DNA from: a bacterium
Lineage (GTDB): Bacteria > Sysuimicrobiota > Sysuimicrobiia > Sysuimicrobiales > Humicultoraceae
Length of the DNA stretch: 64,000 nt
Assembly: GCA_036004665.1 (NCBI GenBank)
Contig: DASYRG010000008.1
Location: 10,240-74,239, forward strand
Reading direction: 5' to 3'
The position numbers and the translations under genes were made by a program. The notes under the pieces are model-generated. The model saw only the letters and a program-made list of their open reading frames with translations, was not told where the DNA came from and searched no databases. Of this stretch, positions 45,559 to 55,786 are shown one piece after another (positions within the stretch are counted from its first letter, which is position 1; the number at the start of each line of letters is the position of its first letter).

Positions 45559-46902
45559 ATGTCCCGAACCACCTGGAGACTCCTCTTCGTTGTCGTCGTG
45601 GCGCTGCTGGCGGCCCAGCTGGCCACGGCGCCGCTCGGATTCGAGGGGTACCGTCCGCGGCTGCAGGCCCCCCGGCTGCGGGTGAACCTCGGCCTCGACC
45701 TCCAGGGCGGCAGCCACCTCGTCCTGGAAGCGCAGGATACCGCAACCGTCAAGGCCACGCCCGAAGCGGTCGAGGCGGCGATGCGCGTGATCGAGAGCCG
45801 TATCGATCAGCTGGGGGTAGTGGAACCGACGATCCAGCGCGTGGGCGACCGACGGATCATCGTTGAGCTCCCGGGGATCGAAGACCCCGAGCGCGCCCTC
45901 CGGCTGATCGGCAAAACCGCCCTCCTGGAGTTCACCAACACCGGCCGGACCCAACTGCCTGAGGGATCCCGCTGGAACCCCCAGGGAACGGCTGTGACAA
46001 TTCCGGGGCCGCAGACGCGCACGATCAACCTGAAGAAAGACGTGATCCTCACCGGCGCCGATTTGGCGGAAGCGCAGGCGGGGTTCCAGCAGGGCAGCGG
46101 GGTGACGACCGGCACGCCGATTGTGAGTTTTCGGTTCAAGGGGCCGGCGGGGAAGAAGTTCGAGGAGTTCACCGCCAGCCACGTCGGCCAGTACCTCACG
46201 ATCGTGCTGGACAACGAGGTGATTTCCTCTCCTGTGATCCAGGAGAAGATCGGTGGGGGGTCGGGCCAGATCAGCGGTGGCTTCCGCGACATCGCGGAGG
46301 CCCGCGAACTCGCCGTCTTGCTGCGCGCCGGCTCGCTGCCGATTCCCGTCGAGGTGGTCGAGCGCCGCACGGTCGGGCCGTCCCTGGGCCGCGACTCCCT
46401 CGACCTCAGCCTGCGCGCAGGCGCCATCGCGGTGGCGCTCATCGTCGCCTTCATGATCGCGCTCTATCGCCTGCCCGGCGTGCTGGCGGACGCGGCCCTG
46501 CTCCTCTATGCGCTCTTTCTCTTTGCCGCCCTGACCGCCCTCGGGGCCACGATGACCCTGCCGGGGATCGCCGCCTTCATCATCTCGGTGGGCATGGCCA
46601 TCGACGCCAACGTGCTCATCTTCGAGCGGATCAAGGAGGAACTGCGCGCCGGCAAGACGCTGCGCGCGGGCATCCAGTCGGGGTGGAGCCGCGCCTGGTC
46701 GGCCATCCTGGACTCCAACGTCACCACGCTGGTCGGCGCCGCGGTGCTCTTCGCCCTGGGGACCGGTCCGATCAAAGGCTTCGCCACGACGCTCTTCATC
46801 GGGGTCGTGATCAGCATGTTCACGGCGATCCTGGTCACGCGGGTGCTCGTCGACTCCGTGGCCCGCCCGCCCATCGACCGCTTCTTGCGGTTCGGCGCGT
46901 AG
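45559..46902 (+). CDS. secD: protein translocase subunit SecD
   Basis: N-terminal TM helix, periplasmic domain (VNLGLDLQGGSHLVLEA, RIIVELPGIEDPERA), C-terminal 6-TM bundle. GGAGAA Shine-Dalgarno upstream. Confidence 0.9.
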   Translation: MSRTTWRLLFVVVVALLAAQLATAPLGFEGYRPRLQAPRLRVNLGLDLQGGSHLVLEAQDTATVKATPEAVEAAMRVIESRIDQLGVVEPTIQRVGDRRIIVELPGIEDPERALRLIGKTALLEFTNTGRTQLPEGSRWNPQGTAVTIPGPQTRTINLKKDVILTGADLAEAQAGFQQGSGVTTGTPIVSFRFKGPAGKKFEEFTASHVGQYLTIVLDNEVISSPVIQEKIGGGSGQISGGFRDIAEARELAVLLRAGSLPIPVEVVERRTVGPSLGRDSLDLSLRAGAIAVALIVAFMIALYRLPGVLADAALLLYALFLFAALTALGATMTLPGIAAFIISVGMAIDANVLIFERIKEELRAGKTLRAGIQSGWSRAWSAILDSNVTTLVGAAVLFALGTGPIKGFATTLFIGVVISMFTAILVTRVLVDSVARPPIDRFLRFGA

Positions 46903-47907
46903 ATGGCCATGCGCACCTGGGACATCATCGGCAACCGGCGCTGGGGCTACCTCCTCTCGCTGCTGGTCATCATCCCCGGAGCGATCGCCCTGGCCGTCTG
47001 GAGCATCAACCTGGGGATCGACTTCACCGGCGGGACGCTGCTGGATCTACGCCTCGGCCGGGAGGCCAGCCTCCAGGAGGTCCGGGCGGTCCTCGAGCCC
47101 TTCGGCCATGGCGACGCGGTCATCCAGCAGTCGCCGGAACGTCCGCGCCAGGTCCTCATCCGGACGCGGCTGATCGAGGAAGCCGACATGACCCGCCTGC
47201 AGAAGGCCTTCGGCGACCGCTTTAGCGGGGTGGAGGTCCTGCGCGCGGAGCGGGTGGGACCGAAGATCGGCCAGGAACTGCGGGCCCGCGCCATCCAGGC
47301 CGTCGTGATCGGCCTGCTGCTGCAGGTCCTCTACATCTCCTGGCGCTTCCGCTCGTTCCGCTTCGCTATCGCCGCCGACATCGCGCTGATCCACGACCTC
47401 TTGATCGTCGTGGGCATCTACTCGCTGCTGCGCAAGGAGGTCGACTCGTCGTTCGTCGCGGTGCTGCTGACGGTGGTGGGCTATTCGATCAACGATACGG
47501 TGGTCATCCTCGACCGCATCCGTGAGGAACAGAACCTGCGCAGCCGGGAGCCCTTTCCCCGCCTGGTCAACCGATCCATCCTCGAAGTGTTGGTGCGCTC
47601 GCTCACGACCGGGTTCGGGGCGATCATCGCCCTGCTGATCATCTACTTCTTCGGGGGTCCGACGATCAAGGACTTCGTCCTCGGGCTGGGAATCGGCGTC
47701 ATCACCGGAACGTACTCGTCCATCTTCATCGCCAGCCCCGTATTGGTGGAGTGGCACAACTGGAGCGAGCGGCGGCGGGGAAAACCCCAGGCGCCGGCCG
47801 AAGCGGAAGGCCGCCCGGTGCCTGAACTGGCTGCGGTGGGCGGTCCCGACGGGCGAAAGGCGCCTACGCCCGTCCCGCGCCGGCGGCGCAGTCGGAGACG
47901 GAGGTAG
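46903..47907 (+). CDS. secF: protein translocase subunit SecF
   Basis: GIDFTGGT...IHDLLIVVGIYSLL...GYSINDTVVILDRIRE match SecF. ATG immediately follows the secD stop. Confidence 0.9.
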   Translation: MAMRTWDIIGNRRWGYLLSLLVIIPGAIALAVWSINLGIDFTGGTLLDLRLGREASLQEVRAVLEPFGHGDAVIQQSPERPRQVLIRTRLIEEADMTRLQKAFGDRFSGVEVLRAERVGPKIGQELRARAIQAVVIGLLLQVLYISWRFRSFRFAIAADIALIHDLLIVVGIYSLLRKEVDSSFVAVLLTVVGYSINDTVVILDRIREEQNLRSREPFPRLVNRSILEVLVRSLTTGFGAIIALLIIYFFGGPTIKDFVLGLGIGVITGTYSSIFIASPVLVEWHNWSERRRGKPQAPAEAEGRPVPELAAVGGPDGRKAPTPVPRRRRSRRRR

Positions 47908-47917
47908 AATTACCACG

Positions 47918-48205
47918 ATGCGTGTGCTGCTGCTTCTGGCCCTCGTGTTGCTGGCGGCGGTGACCATTTTTGCACTCAATAACCCCACCGCCGTGACCGT
48001 CCGATTTCTGGCCTGGAGATACGGCACCACCCTCGCCCTCGCCATGATCGCGGCGGCGGCCGCCGGGGCGCTGGTCGTCTACATCGCCAGCCTGGCGGCG
48101 CAGCAGGGATTGAAGGCCCGCCTGAGGGCGGCCCAATCCCGTCTGGCCGAACTCGAACGGCAGCGCACCGCGCTTCCCCCCCAGAGCCCTTCATCCGGCG
48201 CCTGA
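47918..48205 (+). CDS. LapA/YciS-like small inner-membrane protein
   Basis: 95 aa with two TM helices (LLLLALVLLAAVTIFALNN...; TLALAMIAAAAAGALVVYIA) and a C-terminal coiled-coil tail, typical of the LapA (DUF1049) family. Confidence 0.6.
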   Translation: MRVLLLLALVLLAAVTIFALNNPTAVTVRFLAWRYGTTLALAMIAAAAAGALVVYIASLAAQQGLKARLRAAQSRLAELERQRTALPPQSPSSGA

Positions 48206-48250
48206 GCACCAGGCGATCCCCGACCGCGGGCCAGCCTCGTTCATCACACT

Positions 48251-48259
48251 TGGTATAAT
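48251..48259 (+). promoter_or_regulatory. extended -10 element TGGTATAAT upstream of recJ
   Basis: TGgTATAAT lies 33 nt upstream of the recJ GTG start. No LexA box nearby. Confidence 0.3.
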
Positions 48260-48291
48260 CGCGGGTAAGGCCTGATCGTGACCGCACGACT

Positions 48292-51200
48292 GTGACGCTC
48301 CTTCCACCCGCCCGCTGGATCATCAAGCCTCCCGATCCCGAGCGCGCCGCCGCCCTCGCGGCGGACCTGTCGATCAGCCCTCTTACCGCCCAAATGCTGC
48401 TGAACCGAGGGCTGGCTGATCCCGCCGCCGCCCGCGTCTTCCTGCGGGCCGCCCTGGAGGATCTCAGTGAGCCCGCCCACCTGCTCGACCTTCCCCGGGC
48501 GGCGGAGGTGCTGCTGGCCGCGCTGGGAGGCGGGACGCGGATCATCATCTACGGCGACTATGACGCCGATGGCGTCACCTCCACGGCGATCCTGGTGCGG
48601 GGACTGCGCGCCCTGGGCGCCCGGCCGGAGGTCTTCATCCCGCGCCGGGACATGGAGGGGTACGGTCTCAACGGCGACGCCATCGCCCGCCTGGGAGGTC
48701 CGGGGTTGCTCGTCGCCGTGGACTGCGGGATCACGGCGGTGGACGAGGTCGCCCAGGCGGCCGCGCAGGGACTGCAGGTCATCATCCTCGATCACCACCT
48801 TCCCGGCTCAGCGCTGCCCCCTGCGGCGGCCGTCGTCGGACCGAAACGAGAAGGGCAGCCTGCGGTCACCCCCGTCGCGGCGTGCGGGCTCGCCTATCAA
48901 ACTGTCCGCGCGCTCTGGCGGCTGGCCGGGCGGGATGATCAGCCGGTCGACCTGCTGGATCTCGTCGCGGTCGGAACGCTGGCCGACGTCGTCCCCCTCG
49001 TCGGGGACAACCGGATCTTCGCCCGGCAGGGGCTGGCCAGGATGGCCGAGGCGCCGTCGGTAGGGATCGCGGCGCTGCTGCGCGTGGCCGACGTCGCGGG
49101 CGCGGTGCGGATCCGCGATGTCACCTTTGGACTGGCGCCGCGGCTGAACGCCGCCGGCCGTCTCGGCGACGCCACGGTGGCGGTGACGCTGCTGACCACC
49201 GACGATCCCGCCGAAGCCGCCGCGCTCGCCCGGACGCTCGACGAAGAGAACCGGAGACGTCAGGAGATCACGGAGGCGGTGCTCGCGTCCGCGTCCGCGC
49301 AGGTGGAGGAGGCTGGGTGGAAGGACGGGCCCGCCCTGGTGGTGGCTGGAGAGGGCTGGCACGCCGGGGTGATTGGCATCGTCGCCTCTCACCTCAAGGA
49401 GCGCTACAATCGTCCCGTCGTGATGATCGCCGTCGCGGACGGCGTCGGGCGGGGATCTGCCCGGTCCATTGAACCGCTGCCCATGGTGGACGCCCTCGGC
49501 GCGGTCGGCGACCTGCTCAGCCGCTTCGGCGGCCACGCCATGGCCGCGGGGCTGACGATCGCCGCGGAACGCATCGAAGACTTTCGCCGCCGCTTCACCC
49601 AGGAGGCGGGGCGCCGGCTCACTCCCGAGGATCTCGCGCCGGCCCTGACCATCGACGCGGAAGTGGACCTGCCCGCCCTCATCCCAGCGCTGGCGAGGGA
49701 GATCGAACAGATGGCGCCCTTCGGTCCCGGCAACCCCGAACCGCTGGTGGTCCTGCGCGGCCTGCGCGCCGCGGCGACGCGCGTCGTAGGCGACGGCCAC
49801 CTGCGAGTGGGCCTCACCGACGGGCGCGCGTTCGTCGACGCCATCGGATTCGCCCGCGGCGACGTCGCCGAACTGCTGGCGTTCACCGGCGCGAGGGTGG
49901 ACGTCGCCGCGGCCGTCGAGCTCGACCGGTGGGGGGAGGGAGAGCGGGTCTCGCTGGTGCTGCGCGATCTGAGCACGCCCGGATTGGATCTGGAAGCGGT
50001 GCTGGCGGACGGGGATCTGCTGCTGGACCGTCTCTTCGCGCGCGCGCAGGAGTATCTGGGGACGGGCTTCCGCGGCATCGAAGGCGCGTGGTCCTTTTAC
50101 ACAAAGGTCGCCGGTGTGACCTTCGAGGGACGGCAGGAGTGGCTGTCCTCGATCCGTCCGGGACAACCGCTGCATCTGGTCCGGCAGCCCTCGAATCCCT
50201 ACGATCCCCACGCCATCGCCATCCTGACCACCGAAGGGCGCCAGCTCGGCTTCCTCAGCGCCAGGATCGCGGGACGGCTGGCGCCTTCCATTGATGCGGG
50301 AACGCGCTACATGGCGACCGCCTCGCAACTGACTGGGGGCGGAGACCGTTCCTATGGGTTGAACGTCTTCATCCAGCGGGAGGAGTCCGCGGTCAGCGCG
50401 GACGGGATGGCCTGGTCCTCCTGGCGCCCCCTGCCGGTGGATGCCCTATTGGAGCGGCTGCGCATCCTCCTGCATGGGGGGCGGCCCCTCCGCCACGCGC
50501 AGTCGGAGACGATCGAACGGCTGCTCATCGAGGGGAAGGTAACGACAGCCTTGAGGCCGGGACGCCGCGGGGCGGTGACCGCGATGATGGCGGCTGCGGC
50601 CCTGGCGGCGCAGCGCGCGCGTCCCGTCGTGATTGCTCTCTCGCTGATCAGCCAGGTGGACCGCTGGTTCGAGACCTTCGGGCCGCTGCTGCGCGAGGTC
50701 GGCTTTCGCGTCTACCGCGCCCACGGCGCGCTCTCGCTGCGCCCCCAACAGCGGCTGGCCCGCGCGCTGGAGGAAGGGCGCGCCGATATCGTCTTGGCCA
50801 GCGCGGCGTGGCTCGCGCGGGGCGGGGTGGAGACGGTGCCGCACGGGCTGCGCTCGGCCGTGATCATCGCCGACGCCGACATGCCGGGCGAGACCGCCGG
50901 TGTTCTGGCGGCTGCCGTCTCCCCGCACCTCCCGCCTGGCGGGGGCCTGGCTCGCTTCCAGTGGAAGAGTGGTGCGTCTCACTCTGACGCGGCCGGTGAT
51001 CCGGATGGAGTCGGGGTCGTTCAGGACGGCTTCGTCAGGGCGAACCTGCGCCTGGTCGACCGGCGTGATGACGCAGACCATGAGAGCCTGCTGGCGGCGC
51101 TGGCCGCCCCCGATGAAAAGACGCTGATCTTCACACCACGCCGCGGCGACGCCGTCACGCTGGCGACGTCGCTGCGCGGCCGGGAGGGAATGGGCGCGGT

Positions 51201-51858
51201 GGCCTATTACCATGGCGGCCTCCCAGCCAGGGTGCGCCGGGTGATCGAGCAACTCTTCCTGGACGGCAAGGTCGGCGTGCTGGTCTCGACGGGCGCCTTT
51301 CCAGAAGCCTTCGCCCCCGGCGACATCGCCCAAGTCATCCTGGGCGGCCTTCCCCAGAGCCGCACGCAGTTGCAGGAGATGGCCGCGCTCGCCGGACTCT
51401 CCGGGAAGCCGGCGACCGTCGTCCTGGCCTATCGCCGCGACGATGCGGCCCGCGTCCTCGCGGACGTCGAAGAACGCTTCCCGTCGCGGGACCGACTGGC
51501 CGCCTTCTACCGACTGCTCCGTACGGTTGTTCAGGCGAGCGGAGGGGAGGCGCTGCTCTGGCCCGGTGAAGCCTTGGGATCGGCGCTGGCCGGCGCTGGA
51601 TGGTCTGCTCAGGGCAGCGAGAGCGCCCTCGATACGCTGGCACAGGCCGGTGTGATTCAGCGTGAGATCCTCGAGGGCCGCTGGCGCATTGAACTGACGG
51701 ACGGTGGCCGGCGGGACCTGACCGATTCCCTGCGCTATGTCGAAGGCGACCGCGAGCGGGGGGCAGTAGACGGGCTCATGCCCATGGCCTTTGGCCCGGC
51801 CTCTGCGATCCTGCACGGGCTGGCGAGCGCCGACGCGAGAGAAACCACCTCCACCTGA
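48292..51858 (+). CDS. recJ: RecJ single-strand DNA exonuclease fused to a HIRAN domain and a catalytically degenerate RecQ-like helicase module
   Basis: aa 1-560: DHH family (IIIYGDYDADGVTST, LDHHLP, DHHA1 GGHAMAAGL). Roughly aa 590-700: HIRAN (VAGVTFEGRQ...PSNPYDPHAIAI...GRQLGFLSARIAGRL). Roughly aa 720-1188: colinear with RecQ helicase lobes but with GGGKS changed to GRRGA and QETGRAGRDG changed to QEMAALAGLSG. Confidence 0.85.
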   Translation: MTLLPPARWIIKPPDPERAAALAADLSISPLTAQMLLNRGLADPAAARVFLRAALEDLSEPAHLLDLPRAAEVLLAALGGGTRIIIYGDYDADGVTSTAILVRGLRALGARPEVFIPRRDMEGYGLNGDAIARLGGPGLLVAVDCGITAVDEVAQAAAQGLQVIILDHHLPGSALPPAAAVVGPKREGQPAVTPVAACGLAYQTVRALWRLAGRDDQPVDLLDLVAVGTLADVVPLVGDNRIFARQGLARMAEAPSVGIAALLRVADVAGAVRIRDVTFGLAPRLNAAGRLGDATVAVTLLTTDDPAEAAALARTLDEENRRRQEITEAVLASASAQVEEAGWKDGPALVVAGEGWHAGVIGIVASHLKERYNRPVVMIAVADGVGRGSARSIEPLPMVDALGAVGDLLSRFGGHAMAAGLTIAAERIEDFRRRFTQEAGRRLTPEDLAPALTIDAEVDLPALIPALAREIEQMAPFGPGNPEPLVVLRGLRAAATRVVGDGHLRVGLTDGRAFVDAIGFARGDVAELLAFTGARVDVAAAVELDRWGEGERVSLVLRDLSTPGLDLEAVLADGDLLLDRLFARAQEYLGTGFRGIEGAWSFYTKVAGVTFEGRQEWLSSIRPGQPLHLVRQPSNPYDPHAIAILTTEGRQLGFLSARIAGRLAPSIDAGTRYMATASQLTGGGDRSYGLNVFIQREESAVSADGMAWSSWRPLPVDALLERLRILLHGGRPLRHAQSETIERLLIEGKVTTALRPGRRGAVTAMMAAAALAAQRARPVVIALSLISQVDRWFETFGPLLREVGFRVYRAHGALSLRPQQRLARALEEGRADIVLASAAWLARGGVETVPHGLRSAVIIADADMPGETAGVLAAAVSPHLPPGGGLARFQWKSGASHSDAAGDPDGVGVVQDGFVRANLRLVDRRDDADHESLLAALAAPDEKTLIFTPRRGDAVTLATSLRGREGMGAVAYYHGGLPARVRRVIEQLFLDGKVGVLVSTGAFPEAFAPGDIAQVILGGLPQSRTQLQEMAALAGLSGKPATVVLAYRRDDAARVLADVEERFPSRDRLAAFYRLLRTVVQASGGEALLWPGEALGSALAGAGWSAQGSESALDTLAQAGVIQREILEGRWRIELTDGGRRDLTDSLRYVEGDRERGAVDGLMPMAFGPASAILHGLASADARETTST

Positions 51859-51935
51859 GATCAACCGAGCCGTACCACACCTTTCAGGTCCCCAGGTCGC
51901 GCCATGGGACAGGCCGTGATAGTCTAAGGAGAAGT

Positions 51936-54164
51936 ATGAAGTGGCTCGAGCAGCGTAGAGCCCAGAGCGCCTTTCAAGACCTCCCCAAAGACGCCCAAGA
52001 GCTTATTGCGAAGGTCCGAGCGCACTTCACTCGTGCCGACCTGGACGTCCTGCGTGAGGCCTATCTCTTCGCGGAAAGCGCCCACGCCGGGCAGACCCGC
52101 GCCTCCGGCGAGGCCTACATCCGCCACTCCTACGCCGTGGCCGACATCCTGGCGGACCTGCGGATGGATCCCGTCACCATCGCCGCCGCCCTGCTGCACG
52201 ACGTGGCTGAAGACACCGGCGTCACGCTGGCCGAAGTGTCGGAACGGTTCGGGGCCGAGATCGCCACCCTGGTCGACGGTGTGACCAAACTGGGCCAGAT
52301 TGAGTGGCAGTCGCGGGAGGAGCGGCAGGCCGAGTCGCTGCGCAAGATGTTCCTGGCGATGGCCAACGACATCCGCATCGTCCTGATCAAGCTGGCCGAC
52401 CGGTTGCACAACATGCGCACGCTGCAGTACCTCCCCGAGTGGAAGCGCAAGCGCACCTCCCAGGAGACCCTGGACATCTACGCGCCGCTGGCCGAGCGCC
52501 TGGGCATCGGGCAGCTGCAGGCGGAGCTGCAGGATCTGGCCTTCCGTGAACTCAACCCGGCGTCGCACCAGGAGATGACGACACAGCTCACCCAGGCGGA
52601 GGCCACCAGCCAGGCCTTTCTAGAGGGCGTCATCACGGTGCTGCACAGGGAACTGAACCGCGCCGGGATCAAGGTCGAGCGATACAACATCACCGCGCGC
52701 CCCAAGCACCTCTACAGCATCTGGCGCAAGATGCAGCGCCCCAAGTACGCCGGCCACTCCGTGGCGCGGATCTACGACCGCCTGGGGGTGCGCATCGTCG
52801 TCGATGACGTCAAGGAGTGCTACGCGGCGTTGGGCGTGGTGCACGCGCTCTGGCGGCCCATCCCCGGCGAGTTCGACGATTACATCGCCAACCCCAAGAC
52901 CACCGGCTACCAGTCGCTGCACACCGCCGTCCTCTACGAGGGCGAGCCCCTGGAGATCCAGATCCGCACCGCGCAGATGCACCACGAGGCGGAGTACGGC
53001 ATCGCCTCGCACTGGAAGTACAGCCAGCGGCCGGACCGCCCCGGAAAGGACGGGGCCGGCGAGCGGGAGTTCGAGCGCAAGCTCTCTTGGCTGCGCCAGC
53101 TGCTCGAGTGGCATCAGGAGGTGCATGACGCGCGCGCCTTCGTCCAGTCGGTCAAACTGGACCTCTTCCAGAACGAGGTCTTCGTCTTCACGCCCAAGGG
53201 GGACGTGGTCGACCTGCCGGCGGGCGCTACGCCGATCGACCTCGCCTACCGCATCCATACCGAGGTCGGCCACCACGCCACCGGCGCCAAGGTGAACGGT
53301 CGGCTGGTGCCGCTCTCCTATCAGATGCATACGGGGGACATCGTCGAGATCACCACGGCCAAGACCAGCGGCGGCCCCAGCCGAGACTGGCTGGCGTTCG
53401 TCGTCACCTCCAACGCCAAGACCAAGATCAAGCAGTGGTTCAAGCGGGAACGACGCGAGGAGAACATCCAGCGCGGGCGGGAGCTGCTGGAACGGGAGCT
53501 GCGCCGGGCGGGCGGGGGCGTGGCGGCGTACATGAAGACCGAGCGACTGCGCGAGGTGGCGCAGGACTTCGGTTTGCCCTCTGATGAAGAACTGCTCGCC
53601 GCCCTGGGCAACGGGGACCTTTCCATGCTGCAGGTCGTCCAGGCCGTCCGCGGCCCCGACGCGCCGCCCCTGCCAGAGACCCTGCCGGTGGAGGGTCTCC
53701 CCGCGCAGGTACCCCGAGGCGGCGTGCGCGTGCGCGGGGTGGACAACGCGCTCCTGCGCTTCTCGCTCTGCTGCACTCCCGTGCCGGGCGACCGCATCGT
53801 CGGCTACATCACGCGCGGGCGGGGGGTGGCGGTGCACCGCGAGGATTGCCCGAACATGGCCTTCCTGCGCCAGCACCCGGAACGGCTGCTCGAGGTGGAG
53901 TGGGAGACGCTCACCGATGGCACCTATCCGGTGGAGGTGGAGGTGGAGGCGATCGACCGGGTGGGCCTCCTCAAGGACATCCTGGCCGCCATCGGCGAGT
54001 CCCGCACCAACGTCGTCTCGGTGAACGCGCGGGTGCGCAAGGACAAGGTCGCCATCGTCAACCTCGTGTTGGACGTCGGCAACGTCGAGCAGCTGCGCGC
54101 GGTGCTCCAGCGGGTGGGCCAGGTCACGGATGTCTACAGCGTCGAACGCGCGCTCCCGTCCTAA
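51936..54164 (+). CDS. relA: bifunctional (p)ppGpp synthetase/hydrolase Rel
   Basis: HD hydrolase (HDVAED, HSYAVA), synthetase (RIYDRLGVRIVV...GYQSLHT), TGS, ACT domains. AGGAGA Shine-Dalgarno upstream. Confidence 0.9.
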   Translation: MKWLEQRRAQSAFQDLPKDAQELIAKVRAHFTRADLDVLREAYLFAESAHAGQTRASGEAYIRHSYAVADILADLRMDPVTIAAALLHDVAEDTGVTLAEVSERFGAEIATLVDGVTKLGQIEWQSREERQAESLRKMFLAMANDIRIVLIKLADRLHNMRTLQYLPEWKRKRTSQETLDIYAPLAERLGIGQLQAELQDLAFRELNPASHQEMTTQLTQAEATSQAFLEGVITVLHRELNRAGIKVERYNITARPKHLYSIWRKMQRPKYAGHSVARIYDRLGVRIVVDDVKECYAALGVVHALWRPIPGEFDDYIANPKTTGYQSLHTAVLYEGEPLEIQIRTAQMHHEAEYGIASHWKYSQRPDRPGKDGAGEREFERKLSWLRQLLEWHQEVHDARAFVQSVKLDLFQNEVFVFTPKGDVVDLPAGATPIDLAYRIHTEVGHHATGAKVNGRLVPLSYQMHTGDIVEITTAKTSGGPSRDWLAFVVTSNAKTKIKQWFKRERREENIQRGRELLERELRRAGGGVAAYMKTERLREVAQDFGLPSDEELLAALGNGDLSMLQVVQAVRGPDAPPLPETLPVEGLPAQVPRGGVRVRGVDNALLRFSLCCTPVPGDRIVGYITRGRGVAVHREDCPNMAFLRQHPERLLEVEWETLTDGTYPVEVEVEAIDRVGLLKDILAAIGESRTNVVSVNARVRKDKVAIVNLVLDVGNVEQLRAVLQRVGQVTDVYSVERALPS

Positions 54165-54201
54165 GCACCGGCCGGTCCGACGCGCCGCCCTCGCCGATCT
54201 G

Positions 54202-54594
54202 GTGGGGCGCCAGGTCGCCGCGCTGAATCGTCAAGCGCTCGATGCGTTGATCGCGCTGTACGCTCCCGACGCGGTATTGGAGTTCCCGGCCAGCCCCGTG
54301 GTGCGCGGGCGGGAGGCGATCCGCGCGGCCTTCGCCCGCTTCTTCGCCGATTGGGAGGAGGAGATCACGCTGTCTCAGCTGGTCTTCGGTGTGCAGGTCG
54401 TCGCGGCGGAAGGGACGGTGCGGGGGCGCCACCGCACTCTGCACCTGAAGATCCCCGGGCGCAAGGCCGTGCCGCAGCGCACCTACGAGCATCCGTTTGC
54501 AGCGTTTCTGGAGGTCCGGCGTGGCCTGATCCGCCGCCACCGCGTCTACTACGATGCACGCGACCTGGTCCGCCAGCTCCTAGGCCGAGTGTAG
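54202..54594 (+). CDS. SnoaL-like/NTF2-fold protein
   Basis: About 130 aa alpha+beta barrel pattern (LIALYAPDAVLEFP...GREAIRAAFARFF...). GTG 54202 is the first start after the rel stop. The upstream part of the track ORF overlaps rel. Confidence 0.5.
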   Translation: MGRQVAALNRQALDALIALYAPDAVLEFPASPVVRGREAIRAAFARFFADWEEEITLSQLVFGVQVVAAEGTVRGRHRTLHLKIPGRKAVPQRTYEHPFAAFLEVRRGLIRRHRVYYDARDLVRQLLGRV

Positions 54595-54604
54595 GCATCA
54601 TTTC

Positions 54605-55786
54605 ATGGGCAAGCCGACCGCCGCACGCGTGGGCCTCTTCACCGAATCGGTCATCCGAGAAATGACACGCCTCAACAACCTGCACGGGGGGATCAACCTG
54701 GCGCAGGGATTCCCCGACTTCGAGCCTCCCGCCGAATTGATCGAAGCGGCCAACCGGGCGATGGCCGAAGGCTACCACCAGTACGCCATTACCTGGGGCT
54801 CGCCGCGGCTGCGGGCGGCCATCGCCGAGAAGTTCGCCGCCTACAACGGCGTCGAGGTCGAGCCGGAACGGCACATCACCGTCACCTGCGGCGCCACCGA
54901 GGCGATGATGGCGGCGCTGCTGGCGGTGGTGGATCCCGGCGACGAGGTGGTGATCTTCGAGCCCTTCTATGAGAACTACGGTCCAGACGCCCTGCTCTCT
55001 GGGGCCATTCCCCGCTACGTGCGTCTCAACCTGGAGGACCCCGACTTCGGTTTTGATCGCGACGAACTCGCCGCCGCCTTCGGCCTGCGGACCAAGGCGG
55101 TGATCATCAACACGCCGCACAATCCGACGGGCAAGGTCTTTGGCCAAGAAGAACTGGAGCACATCGCCGATCTCTGCCGGCGCCACGACGCGCTGGCGAT
55201 TACCGACGAAGTCTACGAGCACATCCTCTTCGACGACACCCGCCACGTCAGCATCGCCGCCCTGGAGGGGATGGCCGACCGCACCATCACGATTAACAGC
55301 ATGTCCAAGACCTACAGCGTCACCGGCTGGCGAGTGGGATGGGCGATCGCGCGTGATCCGGAGATCACGGTGGGGATCCGCCGAGTGCACGACTTCCTCA
55401 CCGTCGGTGCCGCGGCGCCGCTGCAGGAAGCGAGCGTCACGGCGCTCCACTTCCCCGCCCGCTACTACGACGACCTGGCCGCCCTCTACCGCGGCAAACG
55501 AGACCTGATGCTGCGGATTCTCACGGAAGCCGGCTTCCGCGCCTTCGTCCCCCGCGGCGCGTACTACATCATGAGCGACATCAGCGGCTTCGGCGCCACC
55601 GACGACGTCGCCTTCGTCCACGCCCTGGTGGCAGACGGGGGCGTGGCGACGGTGCCGGGGAGTTCCTTCTATCACGAGGCGACCCTGGGCCGGTCCTACG
55701 TGCGCTTCGCCTTTCCCAAACGCCCCGAGACGCTGGCGCAGGTCTCCGGCCGGCTGGCGCGGGTGCGGGAGGTGGCTGGGCGATGA
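54605..55786 (+). CDS. class I/II PLP-dependent aminotransferase (kynurenine/methionine aminotransferase-like)
   Basis: INLAQGFPDF, NTPHNPTGKV, SMSKTY (PLP Lys in SxSK) and RVG motifs. Confidence 0.85.
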   Translation: MGKPTAARVGLFTESVIREMTRLNNLHGGINLAQGFPDFEPPAELIEAANRAMAEGYHQYAITWGSPRLRAAIAEKFAAYNGVEVEPERHITVTCGATEAMMAALLAVVDPGDEVVIFEPFYENYGPDALLSGAIPRYVRLNLEDPDFGFDRDELAAAFGLRTKAVIINTPHNPTGKVFGQEELEHIADLCRRHDALAITDEVYEHILFDDTRHVSIAALEGMADRTITINSMSKTYSVTGWRVGWAIARDPEITVGIRRVHDFLTVGAAAPLQEASVTALHFPARYYDDLAALYRGKRDLMLRILTEAGFRAFVPRGAYYIMSDISGFGATDDVAFVHALVADGGVATVPGSSFYHEATLGRSYVRFAFPKRPETLAQVSGRLARVREVAGR

